The notes under the pieces are model-generated. The model made no database searches, had not been told where the DNA came from, and worked only from the letters and a program-made list of their open reading frames with translations. The position numbers and the translations under genes are program-made. This document shows, in pieces, positions 11,565 to 22,189 of a DNA stretch of 64,000 nucleotides. How positions within the stretch are numbered: the first letter of the stretch is position 1; each line of letters opens with the position of its first letter. The DNA comes from Mobula hypostoma (Eukaryota), in the NCBI RefSeq assembly GCF_963921235.1, contig NC_086108.1, positions 71,364,001-71,428,000 of the forward strand, read 5' to 3'.

Positions 11565-13098
11565 CAACACACATAAAAGTTGCTGGTGAACGCAGCAGGC
11601 CAGGCAGCATCTGTAGGAAGAGGTACAGTTGACGTTTCGGGCCGAGACCATTCGTCAGGACTAACTGAAAGAAGAGCTAGTAAGAGATTTGAAAGTGGGA
11701 GGGGGAGGGGGAGATTCAAAATGATAGGAGAAGACAGGAGGTGGAGGGATAGAGCCAAGAGCTGGACAGTCGATTGGCAAAAGGGATATGAGAGGATCAT
11801 AGGTTAGGAGGCCTAGGGAGAAAGAAAGGGGGAGGGGGGAGGCTCAGAGGATGGGTAAGGGGTATAGTGAGAGGGACAGAGGGAGAAAAAGGAGAGAGAG
11901 AGAAAAAGAATATATATAATTTAAAAAAAAATGGATGGGGTACGAGGGGGAGGTGGGACACTAACGGAAGTTAGAGAAGTCAATGTTCAAGCCATCAGGT
12001 TGGAGGCTACCCAGACGGAATACAGTATAAGGTGTTGTTCCTCCAACCTGAGTGTGGCTTCATCTTCACAGCAGAGGAGGCCGTAGATAGACATATCAGA
12101 ATGGGAATGGGATGTGCAATTAAAATGTGTGGCCACTGGGAGATCCTGCTTTCTCTGGCGGACAGACCGTAGGTGTTCAGCAAAGCGGTCTCCCAGTCTG
12201 CGTTGGGTCTCGCCAATATATAGAAGTCCGCACCAGGAGCACCGGACGCAGTATATCACCCCAGCCGACTCACAGGTGAAGTGTCGCCTCACCTGGAAGG
12301 ACTGTTTGGGGCCCTGAATGGCGGTGAGGGAGGAAGTGTAAGGGCATGTGTAGCACTTGTTCCGCTTACAAGGATAAGTGCCGGGAGGGAGGTCGGTGGG
12401 GAGGGATGGGGGGACAAATGGACAAGGGAGTTGCGTAGGGAGCGATCCCTGCGGAAAGCAGAGAGAGGGGGGGAAGGAAAGATGTGCTTAGTGGTGGGAT
12501 CCCGTTGGAGGTGGCGGAAGTTACGGAGAATTATATGTTGGACCTGGAGGCTGGTGGGGTGGTAGGTGAGGACAAGGGGAACCCTATCCCTAGTGGGGTG
12601 ACGGGAGGAGGGGGTGAGAGCAGATGTGCATGGAATGGGAGAGATGGTTTGAGAGCAGAGTTGATGGTGGTGGAAGGGAAGCCCCTTTTTTTAAAAAAGG
12701 ACGCAGACTGGGAGACTGTTTCGCTGAACACCTACGCTCTGTCCGCCAGTGAAAGCAGGACCTCCCAGTGGCCACACATTTGAATTCCATGTCCCATTCC
12801 CATTCTGATATGTCTATCCTTGGCCTCCTCTACTGTAAAGATGAAGCCACACTCAGGTTGGAGGAACAACACTTTATATTCCGTCTGGGTAGCCTCCAAC
12901 CTGATCTCCCCTCCCCCTCCCACTTTCAAATCTCTTACTATCTCTTATTTCAGTTAGTCCTGACGAAGGGTCTCGGCCCAAAACGTCGACTGTACCTCTT
13001 CCTAGAGATGCTGCTTGGCCTGCTGCGTTCCACCAGCAACTTTTATGTGTGTTGATTGAAATTCCAGCATCTGCAGATTTCCTCGTGTTTGTGTTTTT
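11565..13098. mobile_element. Penelope-like retroelement, inverted arms
   Basis: GIY-YIG domain on minus 11987-12292 (VIYCVRCSWCGLLYIGETQRRLGDRFAEH); plus-strand duplicate of the 3' part 12701-13098; 14-bp TSD aaacagttcgcaat at 11551-11564 and 13099-13112; hammerhead motifs at 11627-11662 (-) and 12956-12991 (+). Confidence 0.92.
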
Positions 13099-14293
13099 AA
13101 ACAGTTCGCAATGGTTGAATGAGCATTTTTTCCTATTTTCAAAGTAAGAATGGAGACAGAATGGGGGGATGGTTGGAGCAGAAAACTGCAAATGTTGGAA
13201 ATGCAGAACAAAAACAGAAAATTCCGGAATAACTCAGCAGATCAGGCAGCATTCTATCATCAGCTTTCAGAATTAGGTTCCTACCTACACGATTAAGATT
13301 CCAAAAATTTAGCTTCTGCTTATGTACCTCAGCCCTACTATTTGCAGCCTCTTATTGAAATCTGCCCTTCAGCATGGCTCATCTGACCGTATGTTTCGAA
13401 AAAAGGGAAAGGGGAGAAAACATTACAAAACTGACCTGCTCCCTGGTGATGGTTTTTCTCTTTCCAATTGTGATATTGGGTCACTGACTATACCAGGGTC
13501 ATTACAGACTTTATTAACACAGCTGTTAGATGAGTGTGCCCTATGAAATCATCCAGGGTTTTCCCCAGAAGCCCTGGATGAACAATGAAATCTGGAATCT
13601 GCTGAGAGCCAGATCAGAGGCATTCAAATCTGGAGATCAAGAATGCTACAAAAGATGCAGGGTATAACCTCCAGAAAGCCATCTCACAGACAAAGTGGAG
13701 ATTCCAGATTAGAAGGGAATCAACAACAGCTGCTCGACAGCTGCGGCAGAATTTGAATGGCAAAACCTCCGGCAAAGTTAAATCTTGCGACAGGTGGGGC
13801 AGCAGAGCTTTGCTTCCCGTTAAGCTCAATTCTCCATGCTCGCTTTGACCTCCAGAACATGGAGGGATGACTGTGCACCCCCATGCCTCCTGCTGATCCT
13901 TTGGTCTCAGTGTCAGAAAGTGACGTGCAGGCCGCCTTCCAGAGAGTGAATTCAAGGAAAGCGTCCGGTCCGAATGGAGTACCTGGCCAAGTATTGAAGA
14001 CCTGTGTTGACCAACTGGCTCATATGTTCACGGTCTGGCAGTGTGTGGTATCCACCTGCTTCAAGCATGCTACGATTGTACTGGTGCCCAGGAAGAGAGT
14101 TGTAACCTGTCTAAATGACTATCGTCGAGTGGCACCTACCTCCAGAGTTTTTAAAAAAATTATTTTTATTCTTAATTATTTTTAAATATTTTAATTTTTA
14201 TTGAACACAAACAAAAACAAAAATACTGAACATATGCTAACAAAGCTAGGGAAGCAGCAACAAATATATAACTATTAACTTTAAATATACAAA

Positions 14294-14602
14294 GTGTTGG
14301 CATGTGGCCAAGTGGTTAAGGCGTTCGTCTAGTGATTTGAAGGTCGCTAGTTCGAGCCTTGGCTGAGGCAGCGTGTTGTGTCCTTGAGCAAGGCACTTAA
14401 CCACACATTGCTCTGCGATGACACCGGTGCCAAGCTGTATGGGTCCTAATGCCCTTCCCTTGGACAACATCGGTGGCGTGGAGAGGGGAGACTTGCAGCA
14501 TGGGCAACTGCTGGTCTTCCTCACAACCTTGTCCAGGCCTGCGCCCTGGAAACTTTCCAAGGCGCAAATCCATGGGCTCGTAAGACTAACGGATGCCTAT
14601 AA
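14294..14602 (+). mobile_element. tRNA-derived SINE with RTE-like 3' end
   Basis: A box tggccaagtgg, B box agttcgagcc; TSD aaatatacaaa / aaatgtacaaa; 3' about 190 bp shared with 39545-40127. Confidence 0.85.
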
Positions 14603-15111
14603 AAATGTACAAACAAAAAGGAAAATCCGCTCTAAATATTGCTGAACAGAAGGAACTATATCTAAAGGGAGTCACAAAACAAAAGCATTTACAGAGATAA
14701 CCCGAAACATTGACAAATTTGTACAGTCTTTACAGCTTTCTGGTTATAGGAAGTTTTCAGAGTATTAATGTATAGTTTGAAGTCTGACGTAAAAAATGTG
14801 AAGGTTTCTTATTGCTATATTTGCACTTATGGATATAAAATTTGCTATAATTTAATAAAAGATTTATGATAAAGAAATGATCCCTATGAGATTTGGTATT
14901 ATTAGTAAACCCAAATAAAACATTTTCAAAACAAAAAGTAAAATTCACATTAATATATTGATCTATAAATTGACAAACATCAACCCAATAAGTTTTAACA
15001 TATTCACAATCCCAAAACAGATGAAATAAATCCTCTGGATATAAACCACAAAAAGATCAGTTAGTTTCAATATCAGAATTAAACCTTGTCAAATAAACAT
15101 TGGTTAGATAA

Positions 15112-16982
15112 CAGACATCCCACCTCTCCCGGAAGTTCCGGGAGTCTCCCGCATATTAATAGTGGCTCCCTGATGCCCGCAAATTATATACAATGTCCCG
15201 GAAATTGATTTTTTTGAGAGTGAGTGTGAGAGAACGCGCGAGGAAGAGCGTGAGAGCAAGCGCGAGACAGCGAGCGCCAGAGCGAGAGAGAGAGAGCAAG
15301 AAAGCAAGCGCGAGTGAGAGCAACCGCGAGAGAGAGAGCGAGAGTGAGAGCAAGAGCGAGAAAGCAAGCGAGAGAGCAGGCGCGCGAGAGCAAGAGCGAG
15401 AGAGTTCCAAAAAAAATCAGAGTGGCAGAGTGTTCCAAAAAAAAGAAAATATAAAACGTATGTCACCCCAGACTACACTAAAGTGTACGCCTGCCTAATA
15501 GGGGTCAAAATAATGACAGTGTTGCTCACTGCACTGTTTGCAACAGTGACTTTTCTATTGCCCATGGTGGGTTAAGACTGTAAAAGACATGCTGAGGTGA
15601 GTTTAACAGGTGTCATTCGCTTATTAGCATAGCTCAACGGTCCCCAACCACCGGGCCGCAAAGCATGCGCTACTGGGCTGCGAGGAAACGATATGATTTG
15701 GTGATAGGAGGCAGCTGCACCTTTCCTCATTCCGTCATGTCTGCTGTTGAGCTTGAACTTACGCGAGGTCATTACCCGCACGTCATTCATGTCAGCGCGG
15801 GAAGGCGATCAACTCCTCGAGCTTGCAAATGACGGTGGGCTGAAAACTATGTTTGATATAACATCTCTGCCAGCATTCTGGATCAGAGTCAAAGCTAAAT
15901 ATCCTGAGATAGCCACGAAAGCACTGAGACATTGCTTTCATTTCCAACATTTTTCTGCGAAGCGGAGTTTTCTGCAATGGATGCAATGAAAACTAAATTG
16001 CGGAATAGACTGGACATAAGGAACCCCCTTCGAGTATCGCTGTCTCCCGTCACCCTTCGATAGGATCGTCTTGTTGCAGGGAAACAAGCCCAGGGCTCCC
16101 ACTGATTCAGCGATATTGGTGTGTTGCAATGATTTTATGTTCCTATGGGGAAAATATGTGCTGTGTGTTTAATATCCAAATGTTACTTAAAATGCTATGA
16201 TGCTGTTGACTTACTTATATAACCATATAACAATTTCAGCATGGAAACAGGCCATCTCGGCCCTTCTAGTCCGTGCCGAACGCTACTCTCACTTAGTCCC
16301 ACCGACCTGCACTCAGCCCACAACCCTCCATTCCTTTCCTGTCCATATACCTGTCCAATTTTTCTTTAAATGATAATATCGAACCTGCCTCTACCACTTC
16401 TACTGGAAGTTCGTTCAACACTTACTTCAAGCTCCCTTGTCCTCCCCTGATAATTGACTTATCGCTATATTCATGTGAGGAAAATATGCGCTGTGTGTTT
16501 AATATTAAATTCGTTAGCTAAATCATTGTAAAACGAAATTGAGTGTATTAGCCACTTATCACCTATATTCCGGTCGTGATTAACACCTCCCCCCTGAACA
16601 GAATCGCCAAAAACGATTTGCAGAAAAAAAGTTGGCAGGTACACGCATGCGCACTGGTGCCCGCGCAAGGCTTCATGGTCATTGTAGTCTTTTCTGGGTA
16701 AACACAACGTATTTCACTGCTACTCTTGTCTGTTGGCAACCCTACCCCCCCCCCCGCCCACCGGGTTGGCTGGTCCGCAAGAATATTGTCGATATTAAAC
16801 CGGTCCACAGTGCAAAAGAGGTTGGGGACCCCTGGCATAGCTAACGTTATTTAAACTAGCTGGCTAGCTGCTAAGGAGCTACGCTATTGCAGACATCCCA
16901 CCTCTCCTGGAAGTTCCGGGAGTCTCCCGCAAATTGATGGTGCTACCTCCCTGAAATGAGTTTTTGCAGGGTGGGATGTCTG
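15112..16982. mobile_element. Non-autonomous DNA transposon, 13-bp TIR, 6-bp TSD
   Basis: TIR cagacatcccacc / ggtgggatgtctg; agataa duplicated at 15106-15111 and 16983-16988; AG-rich low-complexity tract 15220-15405. Confidence 0.8.
15635..16834 (+). mobile_element. hAT-Charlie/Buster deletion derivative with transposase C-terminal dimerisation domain
   Basis: TIR caacggtccccaacc / ggttggggacccctg; perfect 8-bp TSD gcatagct; DQLLELANDGGLK...FWIRVKAKYPEIATKAL...KTKLRNRLD at about 15790-16105; nested CR1 tail 16217-16419. Confidence 0.92.
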
Positions 16983-18056
16983 AGATAATAGGATGTGAAT
17001 GGGGGGGGGGGCGGCGGTGAGACAAGGTTGTTCTATCTCACATCTATTCCTTTTATGTGCTCAGTCGCTCACCTATCTATCAAGTCTAGTCCTCTAAAAG
17101 GCATTTCCTGTGCAAATTCCAATTTTCTGATTAGTCAGGTTGCAGATGATATGACTCTTTTTTTTAAATGATGCTTCTGAAATTTCATTGGCTTTAAATG
17201 GTATTTCTTTTTCTTCCAAAGCCTCAGGCCTCTGTTTAAATATTCACAAATGTGAATTGTTTCCTCTTAAAGGTTGCACTCAATCTATAATTAATAATAT
17301 TCCAGTAAAAGATAAAGTCACATAATTGGGGATAACTATTGTTAAAAACAAATACGTAAGGTGTGTGGATAATTTTCAACCTCTTATAGACAAAACCAAA
17401 AAAAGATTAAACCGGTGGCTTCAAGGGGACTTACCTTTGAAAGGCCGGGTTTTGCTTTGTAAAGCAGAGGGTCTTTCCAGGCTTATATATAAAACTCTCC
17501 CCTTATGCATTGATAAAAAAATCTGTAAATTGGTAGACACCATGTTGTTTAATTTTTTATGGAAAAACAAAGTTCATTATATAAAAAAATCTGCCGTCAT
17601 GAATAGTTATGACTAAGGGGGTCTAAATTTTCTTGATTTTGACAGTCTTAATAATATTTTTAAAATTAATTGGATTAAACAATTTTTACGTAATCCTACT
17701 TCTATATGGAATTGTATTCCTTCTTTTGTCTTTTCCCAGGTTGGTGGATTGAAATTTTTTCTTTTATGTAATTACAAAATAGACAAAGTTCCTCTCTATT
17801 TATCTCAGTTCCATAAACAGATGCTTTTATCTTGGTCTTTGATTTACAAACACAATTTTTCTCCTCATAGTTATTTTATTTGGAATAACCACAACATAAC
17901 TGATAAGAATAAATCTTTGTATTATAAAGGTTAGTTTGATAATAATATTTTGTTAGTTAAACAGTTACTTAATTTAAGTGGTACTTTATTGAGTTATACT
18001 GAGTTTTTATCTACCTTTGAATTTCCTGTGACTCCAAAAGAATTCGCTGTTGTTGT

Positions 18057-18171
18057 GACACTCACAACATGCTGGAGGAACTCAGCTGTTTGGGCAGCAT
18101 CCGTGGAAACGATGAGTCGACGTTTCGGGCTGGAACCCTTCGTCAGGACAGTAGAGGGAAGGGGCAGAGAC
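18057..18171 (-). mobile_element. Short Penelope terminal-repeat fragment with an intact minimal hammerhead (18115-18150)
   Basis: Interrupts L1 ORF2 at PKEFAVV/AIPSG. Minus strand reads GUC-CUGACGA-A-GGG(UUCCAG)CCC-GAAAC-GUC-GAC. Confidence 0.8.
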
Positions 18172-19329
18172 CTATGCAATTCCCTCTGGTGTAATTATGT
18201 GGTTTAGAAATACATCATATTCGGTAGTTGAATTACCCAGCTTGGATCCATCCAGTACAGCTGTAGGAAAGATTTGTTTTCCACCGTCTTTTAAAAAAAA
18301 TAGAGGTATCAGAAGTTTGTTTCAAAAAGACATTACTTCTGTTCCTACGGCTGTTAGTCTTTGGAATAGTCGCTTGGGGAATCTGAGCTGGAGGAGTATT
18401 TAGGGCTTACTTAATAATTTTTTTTGAGGAATAAAATTAAAGAAATTTATTTTAAAATTATACCTACATCCACAGTGATGAAGTACTTTGAGAAGTTGGT
18501 GTTGGAGCATATAAGCTCCAGTCTGAGTGGTGACTTGGATCCACTCCAATTCACCTGCTGAAGCAACAGGTCTGCACCAGGATCTATCTCATTGGCTCTT
18601 CACACAGGCCTGCAACATCTGGACCAGTAAAGATGCATACATCAGGATGCACTTTATCCATTACAGTTCAGCATTGAATACCATCATCCTCTCAAAACTG
18701 ATCAGTAAACTCCATTACCCCTTGTGCAATTGGATCCTGTATCTCTTCACTTGCAGACCCCAGTCAGTTCAGATTGGCAAAAACATCTCCTCCATAATCT
18801 CCATCAGCACAGGAGCACAACAGGGCTGTGTACTTAGTCCCCTGCTCTACTTGTTTTAGCCTATGACTGTGTGGCTAAGTACAGCTCCAACAAAATATAT
18901 AAGTTTGCTGAAGACACCACTGTTGTGGGCTGTGTCAAAAGAGGTGATGAATCAGCATACAGGAGGGAGATTGAAAATTTGGCTGTGTGGTGTAATGACA
19001 ACAACCTCTCACTCAGTGTCAACAAGACCAAGGAACTGTTTGTAAACTTCAGGAGAGGGAAACCAGAGGTCCATAGCCTGGAAACATCAGAGGATCAGAG
19101 GTGGAAAGGTTCAGTAACTTTAAATTCCTGGGTGTCGCTAAATCAGAAGACCTGTTACGGTCCTGTCATTTAAATAAATTGCAAAGAAAACATGACAATG
19201 CCCCTATTTCCTTGGGAGTCTATGGAGATTCGGCATGACACCAAAAACCTTGGTAAACTTCAGTAGATGTGTGGTTGGAAGTGTGCTGACTGGTTGCATT
19301 ACAGCCTGGTATGGGAACACCAATGCCTT

Positions 19330-20110
19330 TGAATTGAATTGAATTGACTTTATTTTCTTACATCCTTCACATACACGAGGCGTAAAAATCTTTACGTTAC
19401 ATCCCCAACTAAACGTGCCATGTGCAATCATAGTAATTTATAATAAATAGAACAGTCAATGTTATATAGAGTACGCTCAGATCAGTGTGAGTTAATCAGT
19501 CTGATGGCCTTGTGGAAGAAGCTGTCCTGTTGGTCCTGGCTTTTATGCTGTGGTACCGCTTCCCAGATGGTAGCAGCTGGAATAGATTGTGGTTGGGATG
19601 ACTTGGGTCCCCAATGATCCTACGGGCCCTTTTTACACACCTGTCCTTGTAAATGTCCTGAATCATGGGAAGTTCACAACTACAGATGCACTGGGTTGTC
19701 CGCACCACTCTCTGCAGAGTCCTATAATTAAGGGAGGTACAGTTCCCATACCCGGCAGTGATACAGCCTGTCAGGATGCTCTCAATTGTGCCCCTGTAGA
19801 AACTTCTTAGGATTTGGGGGTCCATACCAAACGTCCTCAACTGTCTGAGGTGAAAGGGTGCTGTTGTGCCTTTTTCACCACACAGCTGGTGTGTACAGAC
19901 CACGTGAGGTCCTCAGTGATGTGCATGCTGAGGAACTTGAAGCTCTTTACCGTCTCCCCAGATCCATTAATATCAGTAGGGTTAGCCCGTCTCCATTCCT
20001 CCTGTAATCCACAAACAGCTCTTTGTTTTTGCGACATTGAGGGAAAGGTTGTTTTCTTGACACCTCAGTGACAGAGAGATGACTTCTTCCCTGTAGGCCG
20101 CCTCGTTATC
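19330..20110 (-). mobile_element. Rex1-type LINE 3' part nested in another Rex1
   Basis: ORF 19496-19903 (FYRGTIESILTGCI, IIGDPSHPNHNLFQLLPSGKR); (ttgaa)n tail; same subfamily as 45590-45975. Confidence 0.85.
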
Positions 20111-21359
20111 CTACACAAGGAGTGGATTTGTCCCAGTACATCATGGGTAAAACCCTCCCAACCATTGAGCACATCTGTATAAGACGTTGCTGTAGAAAAG
20201 CAGCATCCATTATCAAAGATCCTCACCACCCAGGCCATGTTCTTTTCACACCGCTGCCATCAGGTAGAAGGCACAAGTGTCTCAGGGCTCACACTTCCAG
20301 GTTCAAGAACAGTTACTACCCCTCAATTCAGCCAGTGACTCATTCCACCGAGATGCAGCACAGAGCGTCACAGGAAGTCATCCCTGCCTGTGGCCATCAA
20401 ACTTTACAACTCCTCCCTTGGAGGGTCAGACGCCCTGAGCCAATAGGCTGGTCCTGGACTTATTTCATAATTTACTGGCATAATTTACATATTAATATTT
20501 AACTATTTATGGTTCCATTACTATTTATTACTTATGGTGCAACTGTAACGAAAACCAATTTTCCCCAGGATTAATAAAGTATGACTATGACTATGACTGT
20601 GACTGGTTATCAGGCTCTTGAACAAAAGAGGATAACTACACATTTAAAGACTCTTTTAAATTGTTATTTCATGCTCGTTATTTATTGCTACTTATTTATA
20701 TTTGCATTTGTAGTTTGTTGTCCATTGATTCTGTTTGTAGTTACCGTTCTATAGATTTGCTAAGTAAGCCCACAGAAAAAGAATCTCAGGGTTGTATGTG
20801 GTGACACATGTGTACTCTGATAATACATTTTAATTGGAACTTTGAACATTACTTTGTACATTGACTGGAGCACAAACATCAGGCTGCATCTCTCTCCATG
20901 GATGCTGACTGATCTGCTTGGCTCTTCATGCATTTTCTGTGTTTCTAAAGAATGGAGGGGTATTGCTTTGATTGCTACTCTGTACATTTCTTTGCTACTT
21001 TTAAAACAGGCTTAACAATTTGTAATCACTTTAAGCTGTAGAAAGTCAGGTGAAATTCAGATTAGAAGTTTATGATTCCTGCTCATGTCACCTTGTACTT
21101 TAGAAAGATAGGTGAAATCCAGATTAGCAATTTAGAATTAGAACCATAGAACCATAGAAACTACAGCACAGAAACAGGCCCTTTGGCCCTTCTTGGCTGT
21201 GCTGAACCATTTGTTATGTTATAATTCCTGTTATGCATTTGCTGCATCTCATTGTACATACAGTATAACTAGGTAATGCCTGTTATGGCACACTCTTGAA
21301 TGAATATAGTTTGAACTTCTCACAGGAGAAATCATTCAATGAATGAAACTTGTAATTCA

Positions 21360-21872
21360 AGTCCAAGAAAATCTGCTGGATGAACTCAATGGGTCAAGCA
21401 GCATTTGTAGGGTGTGGCGGGGGGGGGGGTAAGTGTTGTGAATGTTCGTCAAAACCTTGCATCAGGATCTGAGTACTGATGCAAGGCTTTGATGCTGCTC
21501 ACCCTTCTGTGTTCCTCCAGCAGATTGTGTGTTGTTCGAAATTCTAGCATCTGCAGTCTCTTGTGTCTCCTTGTAATTCTAGTCATTTCAACAACACACA
21601 CAAAATGCTGGAGGAACTCAGCAGGCCAGGCAGCAGCTATGGAAAAGAGTACAGTCATCATTTCAGGCTCCCTGCGCCCCCTCTGTGTCAGTGAAACCCT
21701 CTCTCACTGCTCCCCCTCTGTAATCTCTGCTGCCAGTCCTGCTGAAGGGCCTCGGCCTGAAATGGCAACTGTCCTCCTCTCCATAGATGCTGCCTGGCCT
21801 GCTGAGTTCCTCCAGTATTTTATGTGTGTTGCTTGGATTTCTAGCATCTGCAGAATTTCTCTTGTTTGTGAT
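21360..21872. mobile_element. Degenerate Penelope terminal-repeat remnants in both orientations
   Basis: Repeated tgctggaggaactcagcaggcc / ggcctgctgagttcctccagca motifs; decayed hammerhead at about 21734-21771. Confidence 0.7.
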
Positions 21873-22189
21873 TGAATTCTCGTCATTTATTATTTTAGGG
21901 AATGTGGGATCTTGCTGTGTCAGATCAATAGGAGTTTGGTGTTATACTCCAGTAGATCAGCTGATAGGGAGATTGCATTTCACCAGTGATTATATTGTCT
22001 ATAGAATAATTGAAAAAAGGATTTTTAATGTATTTTCATGATTCCAAAATATTTCACAGGCAGTGGAATAGTTTTGATGCATAGTCATAGATATAATGAA
22101 GGGAAATGCAAAACTCACCTTCTTCTCATCAGTCAATGAATTGAAATAAGAAATCACCAAAGGGCAAGAGATTTTGAGATAGGAGGCAC

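Larger units (their letters stand above)
14149..18461 (-). mobile_element. L1/Tx1-clade LINE, 5'-truncated with 5' inversion
   Basis: Minus 14149-17000 holds the ORF2 cysteine-rich end (SFCGLYPEDLFHLFWDC, KFYIHKCK) and an A-rich tail. Plus 17012-18461 holds RT (VRQGC, ISQVADD, RWLQGDLPLKGRVLL). TSD acctacctccagagt / acctacatccacagt at 14134-14148 and 18462-18476. Confidence 0.88.
13548..20850 (+). mobile_element. Rex1/Babar-type LINE split by insertions (pieces 13548-14148, 18462-19330, 20110-20330, 20606-20850)
   Basis: RT motifs run in order across the pieces: NSRKASGPNGVPG, CLNDYRRVA, TGAQQGCVLSPLLY, KFAEDTTVVG, ASIIKDPHHPGH. Confidence 0.85.

Noticed and set aside
14294..14370. Possible tRNA gene (also 38955-39026)
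   Set aside because: A and B boxes are present, but the sequence continues into a SINE body flanked by TSDs; no clean cloverleaf.
15104..15498. Ala/Leu/Ser/Arg-rich ORFs
   Set aside because: AG-rich low-complexity tract inside a non-autonomous transposon.
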